64,000 nucleotides of DNA from an uncultured virus (IMG/VR IMGVR_UViG_3300020048_000118) (Duplodnaviria > Heunggongvirae > Uroviricota > Caudoviricetes > Crassvirales). The stretch lies in IMG/VR virus record IMGVR_UViG_3300020048_000118; one strand, written 5' to 3'. The notes under the pieces were generated by a model. It saw only the letters and a list, made by a program, of their open reading frames with translations. It was not told the DNA's origin and searched no databases. The position numbers were made by a program, and so were the translations under genes. This document shows positions 44,098-54,015 of the stretch, piece after piece (within the stretch, counting starts at the first letter, position 1; every line of letters begins with the position of its first letter).

Positions 44098-47000
44098 TTC
44101 TTAAGTAGTTTCTTAAGTTCGTCAATTTCTTTCTGTTGCTCTTTCATTCCTTCAATTAATAGTGCGATCATGTTAGAGTAGGCCACGTTCAGAGTGCCGT
44201 CTGGGTTAGCAGATACAACCTCTGGCAGTACCTTTTGTACTTCCTGTGCGATAACACCGGCCCTTCTTGTTCCTGTCTCATCGTCTGTACGTACGTAGGT
44301 GTAACCGTTCAGCTCCTTTACCTTCTCGATGGCATTCTCAATTCTCTTAACCTCTTTCTTAACTGTGATATCAGAGAACGCTGCGATGTCATGAGACGCA
44401 TAGATAGAGATACCAGATACGTTGCCTTCTACGTGTAGGTTGTATGATGGACTAGTAGTACCGATACCTACGTTGCCTGCGCTGGTGATGCGCATCTTTT
44501 CAGATGAGTTGGTGCCAAATACCAACGGAACAGCCGCAATGCTTCTTAACTGTACTTCGGAGGCATTATTGTATAATTGCCCAAATCCAACTCCAGCCCT
44601 GCTTAATTGAATAAGACCACCGTTAGTTGCATTATTAATATCTAAAGATGTGTATCCGCTTATTGACACTGGACTAGTAGTACCAATACCTACGTTACCG
44701 TTTTGTAAAATACGCATACGTTCGGTGTTACCTGCATAAAACGCTAATGTTCTTGATGTAGATGCACCTGAGCTCCCTAATATTGTTACTGCGCTGTTGT
44801 CGGTTTGTAGCAAAGCCTCTCCTTGATAATCTCTGAATATACCTTGAGATCTAATATCACCGTTTGCATAAATATTTCCCTGTACATCTAACTTAGCAGC
44901 TGGACTAGTAGTGCCTATACCTACGTTGCCTACACTATCTATTGTCAATCTATTTGATGTATTTCCAATATTGAATTTACCAGATCCATCTCTTTCGTTT
45001 CTTAAATACCAAGCAACAGTGCCAGATTCTGTCATAGCAAAACCACTTCCCACTCCAGATGCTGGTGTGTTAGCATTGTCCACGGCTATATATGTATACG
45101 CTGCTTGATTTTTTCTAACATCTAGTAAGTAGGCAGGACTAGTAGTACCTATTCCTACGTTGCCTGAAGTGTTTATTCTAACTCTTTCTACACCACCCGC
45201 ATTAAAGACAACCATATCTGTTGCAGCACCCGAGCCAATATTTATACCCGGAAGCGTACTGGAGTAACCAATAATTGAATTATCACCAGCTTTACGTATA
45301 GGTTGGTCTGCATCAATACTAATACTTCCTCCAACAACTTGAAGTTTTGTCACAGGACTAGTAGTACCAATACCTACGTTCCCTCCACTCGTTAGTGTTA
45401 AATAGTCTGCAATTTGATAAACTCCTATGTACAATTTTCCATCTGTCCAAGAGTTCATTTGCCATTTTACCCCAGAACCAGAAGTTGCTTCTAATATTGC
45501 TCTTCCGCCTCCTGATTTTGCAATATGCAGTGCTTCTACTGGACTAGTAGTGCCAATACCTACGTTGCCGCCATTTGTCATTGTTAACCTACTAGTTAAG
45601 TTAGAGGCACTTCCTGCGGTTATTCCTGTCCCTGTACTAATATCTAATGCGCCATCATTAAAATTTAATACCGCTGATTTATAGGCACTGTATTTATTAA
45701 CCCATCCTGATGCTCCGTAAACGGTATTAAATGTTATATAGGCATCATAATCGTTTCTAAACAATACTCCAAACCCACCAGAATTAAATGAATTGTATGA
45801 AGAGTTAGTTGTAGTATAAGAACCACTACCTAGCTGTAATATACTAGAAGGACTACTAGTACCTATACCTACGTTTCCGTCAGAGGCAATACGCATTCTT
45901 TCAGTAGAGTTTGTATTAAACCCTAATAATCCTGTTGCACTAGTAGCTGAAATTGCAAACGTATCTGAGCTTGATCCAATTTCTAAAAGTCCTTTTGTTA
46001 CACCGCTTCTTTGAATTGCAATGCCTGTGCTATTGCCTGCAGAGTTTACAGTTAATTCATCAGATGGACTAGTAGTACCAATACCTACGTTACCTGACGT
46101 GGAAATGTACATCGGTACTGTAAATGAAGTTCCGTTATATAAATACCAAGTGAAATTACCATTTGATGTGTTATTGGTTGATAAAAAGTAACTGGTTCCT
46201 CCGTTGTGTCCAACATCAAGAAATTGATTTGTTCCATCTAAATCTTGAATTCTAACTACAGATTCACCACTAGAAGATACATGAAGTTTAGATTGAGGAC
46301 TAGTAGTACCAATACCGACATTGCCACCTGCAGTAATACGCATACGTTCGGTAGCATTAGTACCAAATAATATTGGGTAAGCTCCGTATCCATACACAAA
46401 ACTTTCACCAGCTCCATTTGCCCCGATGTCAATATAATGGCCTGAGTTTGAAGTATTCGTATACCTAGTAAATGTATTTCCTGATCCGTTAATGTGTAAT
46501 AGAGTTTCGGGACTAGTAGTGCCTATTCCTACATGACCGTTTCCAATAATACGCATTCTTTCAGTAGGGGTAAATGATGCACCGGCTGTTTTTGAAGCTA
46601 AATTGTCAACGAAGAATTTAAGTACTCCATTTAATCCACCACCTGTGCCACTTACAGAAATGCCTGCTGCCCCATAAGAAGCTGTTAGAGATGTTTTGTA
46701 TCCACTTGATCCTACATTACCGTAAAAGTTTGACGATAACCACAAATCCCCCGAACTATATTCGCTAAATATGTTACTGTAATCTTCCCAAGTTATCCTA
46801 TGTCCTTGTGATGCTGACCCTAGACTTAACCTAGCAGAAGGACTAGTAGTCCCAATACCTACGTTGCCTCCACTTTGGATATAAACAGCGGTTGGAGAAA
46901 GACGTGTTCCGAATGATAAGTCAGTAGCTCCAGTGCTGTAATAATGAAGTTTTATGTTTCCAAGTTCAGTAGCGGCATTTGAATCTTGCGAAAACCTAAT

Positions 47001-50000
47001 TCCCGTAAAGTTTCCATCACTAATACCACCAGCATTATTTATATTTAATTGATAAGCGGCAGCTTGTGTAGGCCTGCTCAAACTTAATAAATGTGTAGGA
47101 CTAGTAGTACCAATCCCTACGTTGCCTGATGAATCTATTGTTAGGCGGTTTGCTGAAGCGGTATAGTCATATATTTCAAGATTTGAATTAGAAAGACCCA
47201 TATTGGCACCAATCCCCCACGTCCTAGCTGTAGTTATAAACTTTAGTGTTGAGTTTTGACCAGCTGTAGTTGATTGAATAATCTGAAGTGCATTTGATCC
47301 AACAATGTGTAGTTTCTCAGTAGGACTAGTAGTGCCAATACCTACGTTGCCGCCATCAGAAACATAAAGCGGAACTGCCCCATCGGTAACATTAAATATA
47401 GATAATCCAGCATTTGTCACACCTGGTACAGATGGTATTATTTCCCAAATCTTAGCCGCTGCGGTATTTTGTAGTCTTAGAGCAGCTCTATCGTTTGCTG
47501 CTGCAACGTGTAGTTTACTTTGTGGACTAGTTGTTCCTACACCCAAGTTGTCATAAACAATTAAACTATCTTCAACAGTTGTTAGCTGGTTTACAAATAA
47601 TGTTTCGTTTATATATACGTTTCCAGATACGTGAAGTTTATAGTTAGGTGTACCAGTACCTATCCCTACGTTTCCCGTATCTCCATTTACTGCAAATTGC
47701 GAAGTATTTATATCGAAAATAATCCCCGTAGCATTTGGAGCAGAACTCGTAATACGAAAACCATTATTATTGTTTAACTGAGTAAATGTAAATTTACCTG
47801 TAGCATTGTTATTTCCTAAACGGAAGGTTTCAGTAGACCCATAACCAAAAGACATCTGATAGGCTCTTGAGTTGTTGGTGTCAAATATTGATAGCTGAGC
47901 TCCAGGACTAGTAGTACCAATACCTACGTTGCCCGTGGAGGTAATACGCATACGTTCATCTCCTGCTGCCCTAAACAAAATATTAGAACCTGCAGCTGCA
48001 GCATTTATTTGTATGTCGCTTGTATTTGCAATACTTATAGTTTGATTACTATTTGAAATGTTATACTGCGTTGCTGTTACACTACTTGAGAATGTAGCTG
48101 CGCCTGTAGAATTTGATAGTCTAAATACAGGACTTGTACCATCATTGTTGTGACTAATTGAAAAGTCTTGAATTGTATCTCCAGATATGCCAGATGTTAA
48201 AAACCATTTAGCTGCAGTTGAATATCCTTGCAAGCCTACAGATGCATAACCATTTGTTGCATGGTATATATCCAACATTGCACTCGGACTAGTAGTACCT
48301 ATTCCTACGTTACCGTTATTATTAAGAATTGTTAATTTAGTTCCAAGAGTGTTGTTAATATAAAGATTGGTGTCGTTATATGAGTAAAAATCCCAATTGG
48401 TCCCATTTGTATTTCCTAAACGAAGACTAAGATTTGTTGACGAGGTTTGAACATCTAGTTTAGCAGCAGGACTAGTAGTACCAATACCTACGTTACCAGA
48501 GTTATTAACATAAAATAAACTACTAAAATTTTTATATACTGCAAAGGGAACACCTGTTGAACTTGCTCCGATATTAACATACATCCCATTTGCATTAGTA
48601 GTACCTAAATTGTCTACACTAACTGCCCAATCTGAATTTAATGTGCCTCCTAAAAGAGAAGCCCCATTGACTTGTAACCTTGCCCCTGGACTAGTAGTAC
48701 CAATACCTACATTACCAGTATTTCCGGCAACAGTAATTTGAGTTCCATCACAACCGTAATATGCTTTACCTCCATATGCATCAATAGTTGCAGTACCGTT
48801 TGTGTTTTGTCCTATTGCAACTGCACCTACTACGTGTAATTTTGCGGCTGGATTAGCAATACCGATACCTACGTTACCTCCATTAGCAATGGTCATATAA
48901 TCAGCAATCCCAGTTCTACCAAAAATAAGATTTCCAGTATCTGCAGAATAGATTGAATAATTCAGTCCATTTGTTGATGTATTCAGTAATAATAAACGAG
49001 TATTAGCACCGCTTGAAACCCTTAAATCTCCACCATTTACGTCTAATTTATAAGCAGGACTAGTAGTGCCAATACCCACGTTTGGAGATGATGTTCTTGT
49101 AATAGACATAGCATTATAGAATGTCCCATTTTGAAGAACGTCAAATGCTAAACCTCTAACTAAATTATCATCAGTATAAATTTTAGCTCCGTAACCTGCA
49201 TTATATATTAAAAAGTTTATACCTGCCGTGTTTGTACTACCACCAGCTGCACCTACACTTATAAATTCATCTCTTACTGCTACGGAACTATTTTGATCGT
49301 ATCCTACATACAATCTTGTTGACAAACCAGTGTATGGAGAGCTTGTTGCAATACCTACTACCCCACCACTTGTGATACGCATACGTTCGGTCTGACTAGT
49401 CCACATAGACATCCCGTCTGAACCATATAATCCAAGTCCGTCCGCATTTCCTCCGTTGTGGTCAATAGGAGTAATACCTACACCTCCAGAGCCATTATTA
49501 GCAAAACCTGTACGTAGACGAATCTCTGTGCCACTATTTAAAGCACCCATAGACAAAATTCCTCCTGCTAAATCTAAGCGAGTATCAGGACTAGTAGTAC
49601 CTATACCTACGTTGCCGTTAGTATCGATAAGCATATCGTAACGACTGTCACTATTGTTATAAAAGTACCATCCTGATGAATCTAATCCAATACTCCTTGT
49701 TTCGTATGGAGACCTTTCAAATAGTATACCCTGTGATTTTATACTTCCATTTACATTTAATTTATAACCATCATCTGTTGTTGTACCAATAAGTACGTTA
49801 CCGCCAGAGGTAATACGCATACGTTCGGTAGCCGCAATAGGGTAAACGTCTCCTGCAGTATATGATGTAGCAGATGTATGAAATGTTATACCCTCGCTAT
49901 AATATTGTTTAATCATAGATGAATACCATCCACTATTAACGACATTTACTTGATTGGCAACCGAATTACTGGCTCTAAGATTATGACCAAGTATGCCCAT

Positions 50001-50912
50001 AACACCAGAGATGGTCTGGCTATAAAAATTATAACCTCCAACATTCAATCCCAACGGAGATGATGAAATGTCTCCATTAACATCTAACTTTGCCCCTGGA
50101 CTAGTAGTACCTATACCTACGTTACCAGTTGCTCCTTTAATTCTAAGTACGTCAGCCATTGATCCACCGGTATTCATCAACTGAATTCCTAAATCAGCTT
50201 CAAGATTATTTGTTGGGTTTATATTTTGAAACCTTACTGTTACTGCAGCATCACTATAATTAGACTCTAAAAATGTAAATGGATTACCCATAGATGGAAA
50301 TCCTGTTGTTTTAATTCCTCCATTCCATACGTGTAGTTTTGATGTGGGAGCAGTAGTACCTATACCTACGTTGCCGCTGCCATTAAAATAAAGTCTTGCT
50401 GTACCTGCATTAATTGGGTCACCACCACCAGAATTACTTTGATAAATACCAAAATCACTTGCTGCTAAGTTTGTTGTTGCAAATCCCCAACTGGTAGTAC
50501 CGCTTGTTGACCTCATTTTAAATGTTGCTACATCTGGCGTTATAATTGTTATGCCATTATATGTAGATGCTACAACTTGAAGTTTATCTGCAGGACTAGT
50601 AGTTCCAATCCCTATATTGCCATTGTCTTGCATCACCATGTGCCAAGACGTACCGGCATTGTTTCCGATGTACATCTGACCATTGTAGTAATCCATTTGA
50701 AAACCGTCTCCCCCACCGTCAGCAGCAAAAAGAAAGTCCCCTGAGTTTATAGTAATACTGCCACTAGTATATACAGGAGAGTATATAGTTCCTTCTACAT
50801 GAAGTTTATAGCTAGGCGTACTAGTTCCAATCCCTACCGTTCCCAATACATAGGCATTCTGTTCCACGCCAAGGTTAGCCTTGGCGAGTATGTCAGTTAT
50901 AAATTTTCTCAT
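44094..50912 (-). CDS. Long modular tail fibre with about 28 GNVGIGTTSP-type repeats and C-terminal peptidase S74 chaperone
   Basis: Repeats visible in protein and DNA; FSDITVKK...GVIAQEVQKVLPEVV...LLIEGMKEQQ S74 signature. Confidence 0.9.
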   Translation of the reverse strand: MRKFITDILAKANLGVEQNAYVLGTVGIGTSTPSYKLHVEGTIYSPVYTSGSITINSGDFLFAADGGGDGFQMDYYNGQMYIGNNAGTSWHMVMQDNGNIGIGTTSPADKLQVVASTYNGITIITPDVATFKMRSTSGTTSWGFATTNLAASDFGIYQSNSGGGDPINAGTARLYFNGSGNVGIGTTAPTSKLHVWNGGIKTTGFPSMGNPFTFLESNYSDAAVTVRFQNINPTNNLEADLGIQLMNTGGSMADVLRIKGATGNVGIGTTSPGAKLDVNGDISSSPLGLNVGGYNFYSQTISGVMGILGHNLRASNSVANQVNVVNSGWYSSMIKQYYSEGITFHTSATSYTAGDVYPIAATERMRITSGGNVLIGTTTDDGYKLNVNGSIKSQGILFERSPYETRSIGLDSSGWYFYNNSDSRYDMLIDTNGNVGIGTTSPDTRLDLAGGILSMGALNSGTEIRLRTGFANNGSGGVGITPIDHNGGNADGLGLYGSDGMSMWTSQTERMRITSGGVVGIATSSPYTGLSTRLYVGYDQNSSVAVRDEFISVGAAGGSTNTAGINFLIYNAGYGAKIYTDDNLVRGLAFDVLQNGTFYNAMSITRTSSPNVGIGTTSPAYKLDVNGGDLRVSSGANTRLLLLNTSTNGLNYSIYSADTGNLIFGRTGIADYMTIANGGNVGIGIANPAAKLHVVGAVAIGQNTNGTATIDAYGGKAYYGCDGTQITVAGNTGNVGIGTTSPGARLQVNGASLLGGTLNSDWAVSVDNLGTTNANGMYVNIGASSTGVPFAVYKNFSSLFYVNNSGNVGIGTTSPAAKLDVQTSSTNLSLRLGNTNGTNWDFYSYNDTNLYINNTLGTKLTILNNNGNVGIGTTSPSAMLDIYHATNGYASVGLQGYSTAAKWFLTSGISGDTIQDFSISHNNDGTSPVFRLSNSTGAATFSSSVTATQYNISNSNQTISIANTSDIQINAAAAGSNILFRAAGDERMRITSTGNVGIGTTSPGAQLSIFDTNNSRAYQMSFGYGSTETFRLGNNNATGKFTFTQLNNNNGFRITSSAPNATGIIFDINTSQFAVNGDTGNVGIGTGTPNYKLHVSGNVYINETLFVNQLTTVEDSLIVYDNLGVGTTSPQSKLHVAAANDRAALRLQNTAAAKIWEIIPSVPGVTNAGLSIFNVTDGAVPLYVSDGGNVGIGTTSPTEKLHIVGSNALQIIQSTTAGQNSTLKFITTARTWGIGANMGLSNSNLEIYDYTASANRLTIDSSGNVGIGTTSPTHLLSLSRPTQAAAYQLNINNAGGISDGNFTGIRFSQDSNAATELGNIKLHYYSTGATDLSFGTRLSPTAVYIQSGGNVGIGTTSPSARLSLGSASQGHRITWEDYSNIFSEYSSGDLWLSSNFYGNVGSSGYKTSLTASYGAAGISVSGTGGGLNGVLKFFVDNLASKTAGASFTPTERMRIIGNGHVGIGTTSPETLLHINGSGNTFTRYTNTSNSGHYIDIGANGAGESFVYGYGAYPILFGTNATERMRITAGGNVGIGTTSPQSKLHVSSSGESVVRIQDLDGTNQFLDVGHNGGTSYFLSTNNTSNGNFTWYLYNGTSFTVPMYISTSGNVGIGTTSPSDELTVNSAGNSTGIAIQRSGVTKGLLEIGSSSDTFAISATSATGLLGFNTNSTERMRIASDGNVGIGTSSPSSILQLGSGSYTTTNSSYNSFNSGGFGVLFRNDYDAYITFNTVYGASGWVNKYSAYKSAVLNFNDGALDISTGTGITAGSASNLTSRLTMTNGGNVGIGTTSPVEALHIAKSGGGRAILEATSGSGVKWQMNSWTDGKLYIGVYQIADYLTLTSGGNVGIGTTSPVTKLQVVGGSISIDADQPIRKAGDNSIIGYSSTLPGINIGSGAATDMVVFNAGGVERVRINTSGNVGIGTTSPAYLLDVRKNQAAYTYIAVDNANTPASGVGSGFAMTESGTVAWYLRNERDGSGKFNIGNTSNRLTIDSVGNVGIGTTSPAAKLDVQGNIYANGDIRSQGIFRDYQGEALLQTDNSAVTILGSSGASTSRTLAFYAGNTERMRILQNGNVGIGTTSPVSISGYTSLDINNATNGGLIQLSRAGVGFGQLYNNASEVQLRSIAAVPLVFGTNSSEKMRITSAGNVGIGTTSPSYNLHVEGNVSGISIYASHDIAAFSDITVKKEVKRIENAIEKVKELNGYTYVRTDDETGTRRAGVIAQEVQKVLPEVVSANPDGTLNVAYSNMIALLIEGMKEQQKEIDELKKLLKK

Positions 50913-50921
50913 CGAGTGATA

Positions 50922-52355
50922 TTATGCTATTTTGATTACAAGTACTCTTAGTGTGTTAATTGGTTGTGGTAAAGCGAATCCTAGTGTCACTACGTTTGTA
51001 GTAGTGCGAATCATGTCGCACTCGATATTATCACCAGTTGCTATCTCGTATACCTGCACCATGACGTCTAGCGTTCCCAAGTTATGAGTGACGACCATGC
51101 TAGTTGCTAAAGAAGCAGGCCCTGTTGCAGCGTACCTAAGTCCCGCTAGTCCAGAAGGAGTGACTACAACCGTGCTACTGCTCAAGGCGTTTACCTCAGC
51201 TGTAGTAGCTAGCTCAACAACTCCGACTGCGGTAGTCGTAGCATTTGTTCCAGCGATACCGATAGACGTTGTACCCGATCCAGTTACAGCGACCCCATTA
51301 GATCCTGTGATTGAAATGTTGGCAATAACATCACCGGCTAGATCAGCTGCAGTCAAGTACTCAACTACACCTCCATCAGACACTAAGTACTTATTGCCAG
51401 AGTATGCGGCACCTGCGTCAGCAATCGATCCAATCTGGAAAGGCTTGTCAACAGTTGACCAGTACCCGCCAGACTCGATCCACAAGAAAGAAACGTTTGG
51501 ACTAGTTCCACGCTCAATCTCAATACCTGCGTTCAGAGATGGAGTTCCAGTCTCGTTCTTGTTTAATACAATGATGTTGTCACCAATCTCTAGCGTGGTA
51601 GAGTTGATATATGTAACCGTTCCGTTTACCGTCAAGTTACCACCGATGGTAACAGTGGTACCGTTATCCGTGATAGTGCTATTTACTAGCTGAGACCCGT
51701 TCCACTTAGTTAAAGTGTTAGCGGTCAAAGATCCTGCACCGGCAAGTGCTACATCGTCAGCGTTGACCGTGATACCTGTCCCTGCACCTACTGTGAATGT
51801 GCGAGATGTTGTGATGTCTCCGCCACCTGTCAAACCTGCACCAGCTGTAAGTACTACAGCCGAGTGGTCAGTGTTACGGGTAGAGGCAGTGTCCAACGCT
51901 ACATCGTCAGCGTTAACGGTAATGCCCGTTCCTGCTCCGATGTTCAGAGTAGTTGAGCTACCCAAGGCAACTGACCCACCACCAGTAAGACCAGACCCCG
52001 CTGTTACTGTCAGTGCAGAGTTGACCAACATTGCGTTGGTAACACCGCTAGCCTTAATGAACAATTGGTTCGATCCGTTTACTCCGATAGACGAATCATC
52101 GTACACCGTGTTTACAGTGATGTCACGAGTACCGGTTACAGATATACCCATACCAGCCACGATAGACCTCAAGTCACCGCCTACATCGATCCATGCAGTT
52201 CCGTCCCAGAAGTAGATAGACTTGTCGCCAACACTACTGTCGTAGTAAATCTGACCCTCTACTGGAGTTGATGGTGCTGTGGCAAGGTTTTGGATCCTTG
52301 CGTTTTGTAGTTCGTTTTGGTTTAAGTCTAGGGAGACTAAAAATTTTCTTGCCAT
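50922..52355 (-). CDS. Tail fibre/baseplate-like protein
   Basis: AGSGLTGGG/GAGTGITVNADDVAL repeats, NSTTLEIGDNIIVLN, VTHNLGT. Confidence 0.7.
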   Translation of the reverse strand: MARKFLVSLDLNQNELQNARIQNLATAPSTPVEGQIYYDSSVGDKSIYFWDGTAWIDVGGDLRSIVAGMGISVTGTRDITVNTVYDDSSIGVNGSNQLFIKASGVTNAMLVNSALTVTAGSGLTGGGSVALGSSTTLNIGAGTGITVNADDVALDTASTRNTDHSAVVLTAGAGLTGGGDITTSRTFTVGAGTGITVNADDVALAGAGSLTANTLTKWNGSQLVNSTITDNGTTVTIGGNLTVNGTVTYINSTTLEIGDNIIVLNKNETGTPSLNAGIEIERGTSPNVSFLWIESGGYWSTVDKPFQIGSIADAGAAYSGNKYLVSDGGVVEYLTAADLAGDVIANISITGSNGVAVTGSGTTSIGIAGTNATTTAVGVVELATTAEVNALSSSTVVVTPSGLAGLRYAATGPASLATSMVVTHNLGTLDVMVQVYEIATGDNIECDMIRTTTNVVTLGFALPQPINTLRVLVIKIA

Positions 52356-52356
52356 G

Positions 52357-52725
52357 TTAGTTTAGATATGCCTTGCCGGCGAATGATGATGAAAAAGTTA
52401 TTGTTAAATTGTTTACGTCAATGAAATGAACGTCTCCTTCGACCTCGTTGTTTGCCGAGTCGACAACGCTCACTGATGGGAACTTGTCTAGCCCGTGGCT
52501 AACGTTCCATGTACTAGACGGAGCTCCTTGTGTGAACACAAAGTTCTTGTCCGTCCCTAATGCAGATATAGTTACAATGCCCTCGCCAGAGCCAGGACTG
52601 ATGGTAATGTTAGCGCCGGCAACAATCTTAGACACGTACTTTGCGTTGACACGCTTTAGTATGTAGTCTATAGATTTCCTTACATCAATTAAGTATTCGG
52701 AGTATTTGGTTGGCGGCCTAAACAT
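52357..52725 (-). CDS. Small virion protein
   Basis: WNVSHGLDKFPSVSVVDS...GKAYLN motif. Confidence 0.6.
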   Translation of the reverse strand: MFRPPTKYSEYLIDVRKSIDYILKRVNAKYVSKIVAGANITISPGSGEGIVTISALGTDKNFVFTQGAPSSTWNVSHGLDKFPSVSVVDSANNEVEGDVHFIDVNNLTITFSSSFAGKAYLN

Positions 52726-52756
52726 TTACACAAAGATAACCAACTATTGCGTTAGT

Positions 52757-53026
52757 TTACTTCTTTGTTGATTTTCCGTTTGACCCCTGCCTTGCTCGGT
52801 TTTTTGACTTATTCTCGAGCACCATCTTGCCATCTTTTTTGTGGCTCAAGTCAAGAGATTTTGAAGCTCTCTTGCCGTAGATACCTCTCTCTCGTGCCTC
52901 TGCGTTCAGCTCACTGCGATACGCTACGCGTTTCGCGGTAGACTGGTATGCCTTCTCCTTAGAGTAGTCACGCCCTGTGGCCTTGTTACTGCCCGGCCTA
53001 GTGTTTTTCCCTGTAATCTTTGCCAT
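52757..53026 (-). CDS. Small basic protein with degenerate HNH-like motif
   Basis: RDYSKE...DLSHKKDG...SKNRAR. Confidence 0.5.
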   Translation of the reverse strand: MAKITGKNTRPGSNKATGRDYSKEKAYQSTAKRVAYRSELNAEARERGIYGKRASKSLDLSHKKDGKMVLENKSKNRARQGSNGKSTKK

Positions 53027-53107
53027 CCAAGTACTCTCCTATAATGTATGAAATTCCAATCGTAAAGGTAATGAATAATAGCCCGAACAAGAATCCCTCG
53101 AGCATCA

Positions 53108-53254
53108 TTATTTCTTCTTAGCTGTCTTCGCTGACTGTTTGAATGCTTTCGCTGTCGGTGCACCCTTGGTGCCCGGCTTTCTCATTGTCTCACCGCTACC
53201 GGCTGCAATGCGCTTCTTCTTAGCGTTAATGTTTGCGTAAAGTCCGTTTTTCAT
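53108..53254 (-). CDS. Small basic protein (48 aa, MKNGLYANINAKKKRIAAGSGETMRKPG...)
   Basis: Hand-translated; ATGA-coupled. Confidence 0.7.
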   Translation of the reverse strand: MKNGLYANINAKKKRIAAGSGETMRKPGTKGAPTAKAFKQSAKTAKKK

Positions 53255-53373
53255 CCTTGTCTGTTATATGGCTTTGAGCTGTTGTGCTTGTTAGCGTGCT
53301 TGGTGTGCCTGCGCAATTTCTTGCGTGGCTTTGCTCTGAAGGTAGAGACGTTTGATTTTACCTTGGCCGCCAT
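53251..53373 (-). CDS. Small basic protein (40 aa, MAAKVKSN...KPYNRQG)
   Basis: Hand-translated; overlapping starts and stops. Confidence 0.65.
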   Translation of the reverse strand: MAAKVKSNVSTFRAKPRKKLRRHTKHANKHNSSKPYNRQG

Positions 53374-53552
53374 CAGTTCTTTTTAAATATCCCTTTGATG
53401 TAATAGATACTTGCCAATACCCCTGACACGATTCCGATCAGGCCAACTACCAATGAAATGATAGGCTGCCACGACGTGGCGAAAGATGCTACGGCTGCTA
53501 CACCAGAGACGGTGGCAAGCGTGTTAGCTACTGAGTCAGTTTGTTGAATCAT
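53373..53552 (-). CDS. Small 2-TM membrane protein, holin-like (59 aa)
   Basis: Hand-translated MIQQTDSVANTLATVSGVAAVASF...IYYIKGIFKKN. Confidence 0.55.
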   Translation of the reverse strand: MIQQTDSVANTLATVSGVAAVASFATSWQPIISLVVGLIGIVSGVLASIYYIKGIFKKN

Positions 53553-53698
53553 TGCTCTAACTCTCCAAATTCTGGCTGTTCGTTTACAACTTCAATTGCC
53601 TTTACGATATTCGTAACCTCTACTAGGTTAAAGCAACCCTTTAATACGGCTATATTCATAGCCTCGGCAATTACTTGTTTTGCTGTACTTATGTCCAT
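53549..53698 (-). CDS. Small hypothetical protein (49 aa, MDISTAKQVIAEAM...)
   Basis: Hand-translated; coupled to neighbours. Confidence 0.6.
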   Translation of the reverse strand: MDISTAKQVIAEAMNIAVLKGCFNLVEVTNIVKAIEVVNEQPEFGELEQ

Positions 53699-54015
53699 GG
53701 GAGTGGCGTATTTTCTGGTGAAACAGGTGGGTTGATCTGTGAATCGATCTGTCCCTGGATTGACTCCTCGTAGTTGGCCACGGTGTCAGGCCCAAGTACT
53801 GACTTGATCCATCCGATAACGATATCATTTGTCAACTCTTCGTAAGGGATAAAGTTGTCTACGTTCACTGTGCTGAACATTGACGAGTCCGAGATGCTAG
53901 AAGAGTACTCTCCGTCAACACCGGTCACATCATAGTTTGCAATTACTACATAGTCTTTCTCACCGTCAATCTCTTGAGTGAATAGCTGATTTACTGTCCA
54001 GGTATAAGTTGTCAT
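53689..54015 (-). CDS. Tail-fibre-associated small protein
   Basis: YTWTV...FIPYEELT...VIGW...LPW pattern typical of genes following fibres. Confidence 0.65.
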   Translation of the reverse strand: MTTYTWTVNQLFTQEIDGEKDYVVIANYDVTGVDGEYSSSISDSSMFSTVNVDNFIPYEELTNDIVIGWIKSVLGPDTVANYEESIQGQIDSQINPPVSPENTPLPWT

